From positions 6,563 through 70,562 of the forward strand of contig CAYJQX010000001.1 in NCBI GenBank assembly GCA_964372755.1: a stretch of 64,000 nt of DNA, written 5' to 3'. The notes beneath the pieces are model-generated. The model saw only the letters and a program-made list of their open reading frames with translations, searched no databases and was not told where the DNA came from. This stretch comes from an uncultured Candidatus Saccharibacteria bacterium. Lineage in GTDB: Bacteria; Patescibacteriota; Minisyncoccia; UBA9983. Every line of letters begins with the position of its first letter. Positions within the stretch are counted from its first letter, which is position 1. Below, one piece after another: positions 27,625-36,520 of the stretch. The position numbers and the translations under genes are program-made.

Positions 27625-28284
27625 ATGGCTATAAGTTCACAAGCAACACAAGTATTTGTTCCCATAAAAGAAATTCGTGAAGGAGTGGTTATTTTAAAAG
27701 ACGAATCGTTCAGAATGATTTTAATGTGCTCCACTCTGAATTTTGCTCTTAAATCTGAAGACGAGCAGAGCGCCATTGTCATGCAATATCAAAATTTTTT
27801 AAACTCCCTTGATTTTTCGGTGCAATTTTTTATCCAGTCGAGAAAATTAAACATTAATCCATACCTTACTACCCTTGAAGAGGCAAGAGTTCAACAGCCG
27901 AACGAGCTTTTGAAAATCCAAACAAAAGAATACATAGATTTTATTAGAAATTTTGTTACAACGACCAATATAGTGGAGAAAACTTTTTATGTGGTTGTGC
28001 CTTATGCTTCCTCCATTGCCATGCCCACAAAATCTTCGAACCCCATAAGCGGAATTCTTTCTATTTTTTCTCGGAACAAAGATAATCTGGGGCAGGCTGA
28101 GGCAATGCGTTTTGCCGAAGCAAGACTGCAAATTCAGCAAAGAGCAGACGTGGTTTCTCAAGGCTTGGCTGGAGCCGGCATTCGTTCCAAACAGCTTGGA
28201 ACGGAGGAGTTGATCGAGCTCTATTACAAACTTTTCAATCCGGGCGAGCTGGAAAAAGAATCTCTTAAAAGCATAAAATCATAA
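27625..28284 (+). CDS. virB4: VirB4/TrbE/CagE-family T4SS ATPase, N-terminal domain fragment
   Basis: VFVPIKEIREGVVILKDESFRMILMCSTLNFALKSEDEQSAIVMQYQNFLNSLDFSVQFFIQSRKLNINPYL matches the conserved VirB4 N-terminal domain. It ends with TAA one nt before the next ATG. Confidence 0.65.
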   Translation: MAISSQATQVFVPIKEIREGVVILKDESFRMILMCSTLNFALKSEDEQSAIVMQYQNFLNSLDFSVQFFIQSRKLNINPYLTTLEEARVQQPNELLKIQTKEYIDFIRNFVTTTNIVEKTFYVVVPYASSIAMPTKSSNPISGILSIFSRNKDNLGQAEAMRFAEARLQIQQRADVVSQGLAGAGIRSKQLGTEELIELYYKLFNPGELEKESLKSIKS

Positions 28285-28285
28285 C

Positions 28286-30154
28286 ATGAGCATATTAGAT
28301 TCCTTAAAAAATAATTCTGTCACCCCAGCTCCTCAGACGCCGCAACCTTCTTTGCAAAATCCTTCTGTGGCAAGCGGAGAAATATTGCCGGTCATACCTC
28401 AAAATATTTATGAATATGGCGTTTTAAAATTGCAGGACGTTATTGCTCCGTCGGCCCTGGAAGTAGCTTCAAACCACATAAAAATCGGCGAGAAGGTAGC
28501 AAGGGTGATTTTTGCCATGTCTTATCCGAGATTTTTATCATCGGATTGGTTTTCTCCGATAGTTAATCTCGATAAAGTTTTTGATGTTTCTATTTTTGTT
28601 CATCCGATAGATACCGCTTCAGTTTTGCATCAAATGCAGAGAAGGGTGGCGGAAGTGCAATCTCAAATTAACGAGAGAGAATCCAAAGGATTGGTGCGCG
28701 ACCCGATGCTCGATACCGCTTATCAAGATCTGGAGAATTTACGCGATGACCTCCAACAGGCCACTGAAAAATTATTTAATCTAGGGCTTTATGTTACGGT
28801 TTATGCCGACTCACTGGACGAATTGGATAAAATAGAAACGGAAGTGCGCCAGATTATGGAATCCAAGCTTATTTATGTAAAACCGGCTCTTTTCCAACAG
28901 CTTGACGGGCTCTACACGGTCTTTCCTTTTGAGACGGATAAATTGGACATTCATAATCAGATGAATTCGTCTCCTCTCTCTTCTCTTTTTCCTTTTGTCT
29001 CTTTTGATCTTTCTTCCGACAGAGGAATTCTTTATGGAGTAAACAGACACAATAACGGCCTTGTTCTTTTTGATCGATATTCTCTGGAAAATTACAACTC
29101 GGTAGTTTTTGCCAAGTCTGGTTCGGGAAAATCTTACGCGACCAAATTGGAAATTTTGCGTACCCTTATGTTTGATACGGACGTGATCGTGATAGATCCG
29201 GAGAGGGAATATGAATATCTGGCGGAATCGGTAGACGGACAATATTTCAGCATCTCTCTTTCATCCAAACATCATATTAATCCTTTTGATCTGCCTCCTG
29301 TGGGCGAAGGAGAATCCCCCTCGGATGTTTTGAGAAGCAACATCATTTCCCTCGTGGGACTCTTTCGTTTGATGTTGGGCGGTCTTACGCCGGAGGAAGA
29401 CTCTGTTATTGACAGAGCGATTACCGAAACTTACGCTTCTCGCGATATCACGCCGGACACGGATTTTTCTACTCTTCCTCCACCGACTTTGTCGGACTTA
29501 GAAATTATTTTAGCCAGTATGGAGGGAGCGGAGTCTTTGGCCCAGCGCTTGGCCAAGTTTACTCGCGGGACTTGGGCCGGCTTTATCAACCAGCCGACCA
29601 ATGTTGACGTGAACCGAAAGTTTGTCGTTTTTTCCGTTCGCGACATGGAAGACGAGCTTCGTCCGATCGCGATGTATATAGTTATGCACTATATCTGGAA
29701 CATGGTCAGGAAAAATATCAGGAAAAGACTTTTGGTGGTGGATGAGGCTTGGTGGATGATGAAATCCGAAGACACGGCTTCTTTTCTTTTTGGCATCGCC
29801 AAACGAGGCAGAAAATATTTTTTGGGATTGCTCACTATCACTCAAAACGTGGAAGACTTTTTAAGTTCTCCTTACGGAGTGCCAATCATAACAAACTCTT
29901 CTATGCAGTTGCTGTTGAAGCAATCGCCTGCTTCCATAGAGATAGTGAAAAAGACTTTCAATCTTACAGAGGAGGAGAAATTTCTGCTTTTGGAATCAGA
30001 CGTGGGGGAGGGTATCTTTTTTGCGGGAGCCAAACATGTGGCCATAAAAGTCATTGCTTCATATACAGAAGATCAGATTATTACTTCCGATCCGGCCCAG
30101 CTTTTGGCCATAAAAAAAGCGCGAGAGGAAATTGGCAACCCCGTTACCGCTTGA
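28286..30154 (+). CDS. virB4: VirB4/TrbE/CagE-family T4SS ATPase, central and C-terminal ATPase domain
   Basis: Walker A VVFAKSGSGKSYAT and Walker B RLLVVDEAWWMM. The LTITQNVEDF motif is typical of VirB4. Confidence 0.75.
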   Translation: MSILDSLKNNSVTPAPQTPQPSLQNPSVASGEILPVIPQNIYEYGVLKLQDVIAPSALEVASNHIKIGEKVARVIFAMSYPRFLSSDWFSPIVNLDKVFDVSIFVHPIDTASVLHQMQRRVAEVQSQINERESKGLVRDPMLDTAYQDLENLRDDLQQATEKLFNLGLYVTVYADSLDELDKIETEVRQIMESKLIYVKPALFQQLDGLYTVFPFETDKLDIHNQMNSSPLSSLFPFVSFDLSSDRGILYGVNRHNNGLVLFDRYSLENYNSVVFAKSGSGKSYATKLEILRTLMFDTDVIVIDPEREYEYLAESVDGQYFSISLSSKHHINPFDLPPVGEGESPSDVLRSNIISLVGLFRLMLGGLTPEEDSVIDRAITETYASRDITPDTDFSTLPPPTLSDLEIILASMEGAESLAQRLAKFTRGTWAGFINQPTNVDVNRKFVVFSVRDMEDELRPIAMYIVMHYIWNMVRKNIRKRLLVVDEAWWMMKSEDTASFLFGIAKRGRKYFLGLLTITQNVEDFLSSPYGVPIITNSSMQLLLKQSPASIEIVKKTFNLTEEEKFLLLESDVGEGIFFAGAKHVAIKVIASYTEDQIITSDPAQLLAIKKAREEIGNPVTA

Positions 30155-30198
30155 TTGAGATAAGGGATTAGAGGATTTGTTTTAAGTTTTTTAAAAAA

Positions 30199-30744
30199 AT
30201 GGCCGTTACACGTTATTCAGAAGAAGAGTTGCTGGAGGAAGAGAGGCGAACCACCTTGGAGAAAGCTCGTATGGAGGAAGATTCAGAAGAAGAGTCAGAG
30301 GAAGAAGAAACCTCTCGCCCTATGTATTCAGACAGAGAAGAAGAAAATGAAGAAAAAAAAGAGCCGAGAATTTCTACTTTCACGGCAATCCTGATGCTTG
30401 TTTTTGTTTCAACCGTAGAACTTGCGCAGTTCGGCCTTACCTTTCTTGTTGTGGGAGTCGTGGTGAGCCCGATAATCGCTTTCTGCGCGCAAATGATTGT
30501 GACTTTTTGGTTTTGGATGAAAGGCGTCAGCTTCAGGAGCGCTAAAAAAATTATCACAATCGGGGTTTCCATGCTCATAGAATTTATTCCCGGTTTGGAT
30601 GTCTTGCCAGGATTCTTGCTTCAAGTTATTGCTATTATATTAATGACAAAAGCCGAAGATGGCGCGCTGGGTAAAATTGCCTCGACAGTGCCAGGCGGAA
30701 AAAAATTAACGGAAGCCGTCGAGAAGACCTTGAAGAAAGCTTAA
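30199..30744 (+). CDS. small membrane protein with highly acidic N-terminal region (possible pilin/VirB2-like subunit, speculative)
   Basis: EEELLEEERR...DSEEESEEEETS is followed by two or three TM helices (AILMLVFVSTVELAQFGLTFLVVGVVVSPIIAF, ITIGVSMLIEFIPGLDVLPGFLLQVIAIILM). Confidence 0.4.
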   Translation: MAVTRYSEEELLEEERRTTLEKARMEEDSEEESEEEETSRPMYSDREEENEEKKEPRISTFTAILMLVFVSTVELAQFGLTFLVVGVVVSPIIAFCAQMIVTFWFWMKGVSFRSAKKIITIGVSMLIEFIPGLDVLPGFLLQVIAIILMTKAEDGALGKIASTVPGGKKLTEAVEKTLKKA

Positions 30745-30747
30745 AAA

Positions 30748-31731
30748 ATGAAGAAAAATTTTTATCTGATACTAACATTGATAATTATCTTTACGGCGAC
30801 CTTTTTAGCGCCAAGATTTTTTGTTTTAGCCTTCGGAGATGATTTATCTCTTTCAGTTTTTCCGGAAAATCCCGAGGCCGGAGAGGAAATAAAAATCACC
30901 GCTTCAGGTTTTACTTTCAATGTAGATGATTCCGATTTTATTTGGGCGATAAACGGCAAGGTGGCGCTCAAGGGACGCGGAGAAAAGTCTTTGACTTTCA
31001 CAAATGGCGAAGCTGGCAAGGTAACGGAAGTCGTTGTAACGGTAATAGGAGAAAACGGGGAAAGTGTGGTAAGGAAAATCTCCTTTGCTCCGCAAGATCT
31101 GGATATTTTATGGGAAGCCGAAACCTACACTCCTCCTTTTTACAGGGGGAAAGCTCTGCCGAGCTCTGAAGCCTATATCACCTTTTTTGCCCTGCCACAT
31201 TTTTTTGTGAGCGGAAAAAAACTCGCGCCAACGGAACTTACTTACACTTGGAAAATCAACAACAAAATTCTAAGCGATTTTTCAGGGCTGGGGAAAACCA
31301 GTATCCGCATAAAAGGCCCGGAACTTTTTTCCAAGATGGAGGTGGAAGTTGCCGTTTCAAACAGGACCGGCTCCACATCGCAAAATAAAAAATTGACCAT
31401 AGAACCTATTTTTCCGGAACTTATTTTTTATCGCGAGGATGCTCTGGAGGGGACAAATTATGCCAAAGTTTTGGAAAATCCGGCTAAATTTGGCGAAGGA
31501 GAAGTTGGGGTAAGGGTCGAGCCGTATTTCTTTTCTCTTTCAGAGATTAATTTTCTTGATTACGCGTGGAGAGTGAACGGATTTTTATCAAAGCAATACG
31601 AGAAATCCAGAGTGGTTGTTTTCAGAAACAGAGAAGGCCAGGAGAAGGGGCGAGTAAGTGTCTCCCTTGAAGTGCAGAATCAAAAAAATGTGGGGCAAAT
31701 TAGTAAAGCCAGCGCCATGTTAGAATTTTAG
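30748..31731 (+). CDS. secreted hypothetical protein
   Basis: Signal peptide MKKNFYLILTLIIIFTATFLAPRFFVLA. Beta-rich. Confidence 0.4.
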   Translation: MKKNFYLILTLIIIFTATFLAPRFFVLAFGDDLSLSVFPENPEAGEEIKITASGFTFNVDDSDFIWAINGKVALKGRGEKSLTFTNGEAGKVTEVVVTVIGENGESVVRKISFAPQDLDILWEAETYTPPFYRGKALPSSEAYITFFALPHFFVSGKKLAPTELTYTWKINNKILSDFSGLGKTSIRIKGPELFSKMEVEVAVSNRTGSTSQNKKLTIEPIFPELIFYREDALEGTNYAKVLENPAKFGEGEVGVRVEPYFFSLSEINFLDYAWRVNGFLSKQYEKSRVVVFRNREGQEKGRVSVSLEVQNQKNVGQISKASAMLEF

Positions 31732-31734
31732 AAT

Positions 31735-32754
31735 ATGAAAAAGATAGCGTATATTTTTCTTTTTATTTTTATATTTTTTCCGACAGCTTTGTTGGCTGTG
31801 GATTTTATAGATCCGAATTCATCCAATCCTTGCGGGGGAGGCGGTATAACGGAAGATATCCAGAGAGGCAACGAATTCAGGCCGTGTCTTTTGGCTCCTT
31901 TGCCGACAGGGGCGGCCAATGAAGCAAGCCCCACCTTCACCGAGTATCTTACTTTTGTTTACAGGTTTTTGATTGCTGGGACGGCTTTGGTTGCCACCGG
32001 CCAGATAGTTTACGCGGGAATTTTGCGTATTTGGGGCGGAGTGAGCCAGTCAAGTATCACCAAATCAAGAGAGATCATAGAACGATCTCTCTGGGGTCTT
32101 GGCCTTGCTCTATCTTCTTACTTAATTCTCTACACCATCAATCCCAGTCTGGCGGAGATTAAACTGGAAATTCCGCCGATAGTATGGAAGGTGCAGAAGT
32201 TTGAGCCGGTTGAAAAGGGTCCCACCCAAGGTTCTGTTCTAAGTGGCGAAAATATTTCCTCTTCAGAGGAGGCAACAAGAAAATATATACTCAGTAAAGG
32301 TGTAACTATTGTGAGTTCTGGAAATAATTCTGGTGTTGTGGATGCCTGTCCTGATGGGGAAAAATTCTTTGATTATAAAGAAAGAACAGGCAGGAGTTGT
32401 ACCTCAGTAAGAGGTTTAGCTACAAGTACCATAGACAAGATTGGTAATTTAAAAAAGGATTGTAATTGCTCCGTTGCTATTAGTGGAGGGACTGAAGAAG
32501 GACATCAAACTCATGGCCCGAATCATCCAAGTACCTTAGATCTGGAAAAGGGTTTGAATTTTGATAATTTAGAAAAATATATTAAGGAAAATTCTAGTGC
32601 TATTTGCACCAAAAAAATCAAGAAAAAAATAAAACAAGAAGATGGAACAGAGAAGGAAGTAGAAGTGGAAATTAAATCATACGTAACAGATGGTATTAAG
32701 TTTACGGATGAAGATAACCACTGGCACGTGCTGGTCGGAGGTAGATGTTATTAA
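31735..32754 (+). CDS. secreted/membrane hypothetical protein with Cys-rich C-terminal domain
   Basis: Signal peptide plus two hydrophobic helices (FLIAGTALVATGQIVYAGIL, LGLALSSYLILYTI), reminiscent of VirB2/TrbC pilin topology. The C-terminal domain has 8 Cys. Confidence 0.4.
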   Translation: MKKIAYIFLFIFIFFPTALLAVDFIDPNSSNPCGGGGITEDIQRGNEFRPCLLAPLPTGAANEASPTFTEYLTFVYRFLIAGTALVATGQIVYAGILRIWGGVSQSSITKSREIIERSLWGLGLALSSYLILYTINPSLAEIKLEIPPIVWKVQKFEPVEKGPTQGSVLSGENISSSEEATRKYILSKGVTIVSSGNNSGVVDACPDGEKFFDYKERTGRSCTSVRGLATSTIDKIGNLKKDCNCSVAISGGTEEGHQTHGPNHPSTLDLEKGLNFDNLEKYIKENSSAICTKKIKKKIKQEDGTEKEVEVEIKSYVTDGIKFTDEDNHWHVLVGGRCY

Positions 32755-32757
32755 TTT

Positions 32758-34002
32758 ATGTCAAAAAGAAAAATTATCATTTTAGTCCTGGCTGTAATTT
32801 TGATCGGTTTTTCCGCTTATTCCTATTTCTTTTTTGAAAAAAAAGATCTCAACAATAATACTGGAAATGATAACAGAGAGGGAACCTTAGAAAACCTTTT
32901 TCCTTCTTCTGGAGATGCGGAAAATGAAAAACAAAACGAGGGTGGAGTTTCTAGAGAAGAAAGTCAGCTTCCACAAGAAGGTTCAGAAAATAGAGAGGAA
33001 ATATTTGGTCAGGAGATAGAGGCGCCAAAGCAATTAACTATCAATCCAATCTCTGGTTATACCATTGTTTCCACAACTTCGGTCCGTTATGTAGAGACTT
33101 CAACGGGTCATATTTATGAAGTTGATTTTTCCGGAGAAAACTACAATAGATTATCTAATACTACTATTCTAAAAACAGAAGAGTCTTATTGGTCGCCCAA
33201 AGGAGACAAGGTTATCATTAGATATTTAAACGGCGTAAATGACTCTATGATTTTAAAAAATTATTCAGCTGTTTTGCCAAAATCGGCCTCTTCCACCGAG
33301 CTTACGGGATCATTCTTTAATGACTTTAAGGAAATAGCAGTTTCTTCTTCGGAGGAAAGTGTCGCTCTTCTCCAAAAAAATAGCGCAAAATACGATTTAA
33401 TTTTAACTAGCTTTGAGAATACCAAAAGAAAACTTCTTGCCAGTTTCCCCATAGGCCAGTTCAATATCTCTTGGGCCGGTAAAAATACTTTGTCTCTTTT
33501 AACAAAACCAACGAGGGGAATACAAGGAATCTTTTATGGGCTAGACATTAAAACAGGCTCACTAAGAAAAATAGTAGAAGGAAATTCCGGTTTGACGGCC
33601 AAACTTTCGCCGCTCAACAACTTTGTTTTTTATTCAGAAACTGACAAAACCGGAAAAGTCATAGGATATTTTTATGATGTTAAGAAAAACCAAAGACTTA
33701 TCCTTGGCACCAACACTTTTGCGGATAAATGTATCTGGAGCAACAAAACAGAGGGAATTATTTATTGCGCGGTTCCAAAGGAATATTCTTCCGGTGTTTA
33801 TCCGGATGATTGGTATAAAGGAGTAAAGAGTACGGAAGACAAACTATGGCTAGTAGATGCGCAAACAGGAGAGGTTCAAATTTTAAGTGAAAATATGGGC
33901 GGAAATATTGATGCCGTGGATTTGAAATTTACCTCTGACGAGAGTTATTTTTTCTACACAAACAAAAAAGATGGCACTCTATGGACGGTGAAAATAAGAT
34001 AA
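32758..34002 (+). CDS. membrane-anchored hypothetical protein, beta-propeller-like
   Basis: N-terminal TM anchor. Repeated Trp/Tyr-containing beta strands, TolB/WD40-like. Confidence 0.4.
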   Translation: MSKRKIIILVLAVILIGFSAYSYFFFEKKDLNNNTGNDNREGTLENLFPSSGDAENEKQNEGGVSREESQLPQEGSENREEIFGQEIEAPKQLTINPISGYTIVSTTSVRYVETSTGHIYEVDFSGENYNRLSNTTILKTEESYWSPKGDKVIIRYLNGVNDSMILKNYSAVLPKSASSTELTGSFFNDFKEIAVSSSEESVALLQKNSAKYDLILTSFENTKRKLLASFPIGQFNISWAGKNTLSLLTKPTRGIQGIFYGLDIKTGSLRKIVEGNSGLTAKLSPLNNFVFYSETDKTGKVIGYFYDVKKNQRLILGTNTFADKCIWSNKTEGIIYCAVPKEYSSGVYPDDWYKGVKSTEDKLWLVDAQTGEVQILSENMGGNIDAVDLKFTSDESYFFYTNKKDGTLWTVKIR

Positions 34003-34075
34003 GGTGTTTTTTTGACGGGAAACAAAAAACCAGCTAATTAAATATTGGCTGATTTTTTGTTTTGTTTATAAAATA

Positions 34076-34600
34076 TTATTTCTTTCTTTTCTCCTCTCTT
34101 TTTACCGCTTCTTTAATTTCTTTCTTGGCGGAAGTTGCGTTGCCCCAGCCTTTAATCTGAACCTTCTTACCTTCAAGCTCTTTGTAGGCCTGGAAGAAAT
34201 GGGAAATTTCTTTTAGAGAATGGCCGTGAATATCTTTTAAATCTTTCACATTTTCAAAACGGGGATTATCCGCTTGCACGCCGAGAATTTTAAAATCTTC
34301 TTCGCCTCCATCTATCATTTTTAAAATCCCAATCGGGCGCATTCGGACGACGCATCCGGGGAAAGAAGGATCGCTTCCTAAGACAAGGGCGTCTAAATGA
34401 TCTCCGTCTTCTGATCTGGTTTCGGGGATAAAGCCATAGTCGGCGGGATAATGCATGGGAGAAAAAAGAACACGATCGAGATGGATAGCGCCGGTTGTCT
34501 CATCAAATTCGTATTTATTTTGGCTGTTCTTGGGAATTTCTACTACGACATTTACTACTTCGGGATTTTTATCTCCAATTTTTATATTGTGTAAAGACAT
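34076..34600 (-). CDS. ppa: inorganic pyrophosphatase (family I)
   Basis: VVEIPKNSQNKYEFD...DGDHLDALVL...DGGEEDFKIL is the family I PPase signature, including the active-site Asp cluster. Confidence 0.9.
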   Translation of the reverse strand: MSLHNIKIGDKNPEVVNVVVEIPKNSQNKYEFDETTGAIHLDRVLFSPMHYPADYGFIPETRSEDGDHLDALVLGSDPSFPGCVVRMRPIGILKMIDGGEEDFKILGVQADNPRFENVKDLKDIHGHSLKEISHFFQAYKELEGKKVQIKGWGNATSAKKEIKEAVKREEKRKK

Positions 34601-34732
34601 GCTTGATAATTTAATTATTAGTAATTGTTTATTAATTCAAAAGGCAAGGGTCAAAATTTTCAGAGTTTTATACTTTACATTTTTTACTTTTAATTTTGCC
34701 TTTTGAGTTTTAACTTTTGATTTAAGTTTTTA

Positions 34733-34773
34733 ATTCGCGTCATTCGTGCGTATTATTCGTGTATTAGCGTCGG
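34733..34773 (+). repeat. MITE-like repeat, partial copy 3 (right half)
   Basis: TAATTCGCGTCATTCGTGCGTATTATTCGTGTATTAGCGTCGG. Overlaps the last codons and stop of nusA on the minus strand. Confidence 0.5.
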
Positions 34774-35931
34774 ATCTACGACTACTTCTTCCTCATCGGC
34801 GTTGGCCAAAGATTTCCCGTCTCTTGAAGAAATGTCTATCCTCCAACCTGTCAGACGGGCGGCTAGGCGCACATTCTGTCCGCCTTTTCCGATAGCCAGA
34901 GAAAGCTGGTCTTCGTCTACAATCACTTTGGCTTCGCGCATTTCTTTGTCGGTAATTTCCACGTCTACCACTTTGGCTGGTGAAAGAGAATTGCCTATAA
35001 ATTTTTCAGGATCGTCCGACCACTCTATCAAATCTATTTTTTCTCCTCCCAATTCCGAAATAATGGTGCCGACACGAACGCCTTTTTGTCCTACGCAAGC
35101 TCCCACAGGGTCTACTCCGGTTTCCTTGGAAAGGACAGCCACCTTGGAGCGGGAGCCGGCTTCCCGGACAATCGCTTTAATTTCTACAACACCGTTTGTG
35201 ATTTCAGGCACTTCCAACTCAAAAAGTTTCCCTAAAAATTTTGGGTGGGAGCGGGAGAGATAAAGATTGATACCACGCGGAGTATCTTCTATAAGATAGA
35301 GAAGCGCGCGAGTGCGTTCTCCCACACGATATCTTTCGCCGGCCATCTGTTCTTCCCGAGGGAGGATAGCCGTGGTTTTTTCCAAATTGATAAAAACATT
35401 ATTTGGCTCCACTCTTTGGACAATTCCGCTCACGATGGTATTTTCTCTGGACTTGAATTCTGCGTAAACGGAGCGTCTTTCTGCTTCTCTGATTCTTTGA
35501 GTGATAACTTGTTTGGCTGTTTGAGCGGCGATTCTGCCGTAATCCGTCTTTGACTCAAGCGGAAAAACAATCTCTTCTTCCGGATTCACATCTTTTTTTA
35601 TTTTTCTAGCTTCCTCGAGCATTATATGGTGTTCGGGATTGAAGCGCACTTTTTTCACGCCATTTTCATCTATCGTGACCTCTTCATAGTTGTCGCCCTC
35701 TTCGTTTTCGGGCTTAATCATGGATTCGTCTACCACTACTTTAATTTGGGAAAATTCAGTCTTCCCAGTTTCAAAATCAAAATTAGCGCGAATGATTTGT
35801 CCGCGTTTCCCGTAGTCTTTTTTATAAGCGGCCGCAAGAGCCATTTCTATGGCTTCTTTAACCTCTTCTTTTTTAATTCCTCGCTCGGCCTCAAGTTGCT
35901 CTAGAGCCACCTGCATCATCTTTAAATCCAT
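34753..35931 (-). CDS. nusA: transcription termination/antitermination factor NusA
   Basis: Has the N-terminal domain, S1 domain and two KH domains (GQNVRLAARLTGWRIDI). Lacks the C-terminal AR repeats, as in many small genomes. Confidence 0.9.
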   Translation of the reverse strand: MDLKMMQVALEQLEAERGIKKEEVKEAIEMALAAAYKKDYGKRGQIIRANFDFETGKTEFSQIKVVVDESMIKPENEEGDNYEEVTIDENGVKKVRFNPEHHIMLEEARKIKKDVNPEEEIVFPLESKTDYGRIAAQTAKQVITQRIREAERRSVYAEFKSRENTIVSGIVQRVEPNNVFINLEKTTAILPREEQMAGERYRVGERTRALLYLIEDTPRGINLYLSRSHPKFLGKLFELEVPEITNGVVEIKAIVREAGSRSKVAVLSKETGVDPVGACVGQKGVRVGTIISELGGEKIDLIEWSDDPEKFIGNSLSPAKVVDVEITDKEMREAKVIVDEDQLSLAIGKGGQNVRLAARLTGWRIDISSRDGKSLANADEEEVVVDPTLIHE

Positions 35932-36069
35932 ATTTTTTATTTAAACTTTTTTGTTAAAAAAGCCCGTTTCTCGAAATTTGAGAACGGACCATAAGTGCCT
36001 TTTATTATAGTTTATCCACATAGGGTTTGTCAATGTGGGCTTATTCTTGTGTGCTATAATGAGTCTATT

Positions 36070-36480
36070 ATGGATATGGACATAAAAAGCTTCATTTCTG
36101 CCAGTATTCCTCCCGAATCCTCTCAATCTTCAGAAGGAGGGAAGTCTCCCTCCGGAGGGATTAAACTTCTAGTAATCGTAGCTATAGTTGTCCTTATTGT
36201 GGGCGTTGTCTGGTATTATCCCACTATTTCTAGAAAAAATATCACGAGAGAAGAAGAAGCGATAAATAAACAAGTGGAAGAATTGGATAATTTGCGCAAG
36301 CAAGCAGGTGTTAAAACTTACTCAGAAAAAGAGCTTCAGGCTCAATCAAAGGAGCTTGATGCTATGAGACAAACTATTATAGGTTCAGATGGAAAGCCTG
36401 TCAAAGTAGAATCCAAACCGCTCACAGAAGCCGAAATTAAACAGCAGATTGACGAATTAGACGCATTAAGGAAAAGATAA
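36070..36480 (+). CDS. small membrane-anchored coiled-coil protein
   Basis: Internal ATG preceded by TGCTATAAT and a 9-nt spacer. One TM (LLVIVAIVVLIVGVVWYY), then a coiled-coil tail. Confidence 0.4.
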   Translation: MDMDIKSFISASIPPESSQSSEGGKSPSGGIKLLVIVAIVVLIVGVVWYYPTISRKNITREEEAINKQVEELDNLRKQAGVKTYSEKELQAQSKELDAMRQTIIGSDGKPVKVESKPLTEAEIKQQIDELDALRKR

Positions 36481-36520
36481 AATCTTCTAGTTTTTTAAGT
36501 TATTTTAAATTTTATTTTTA

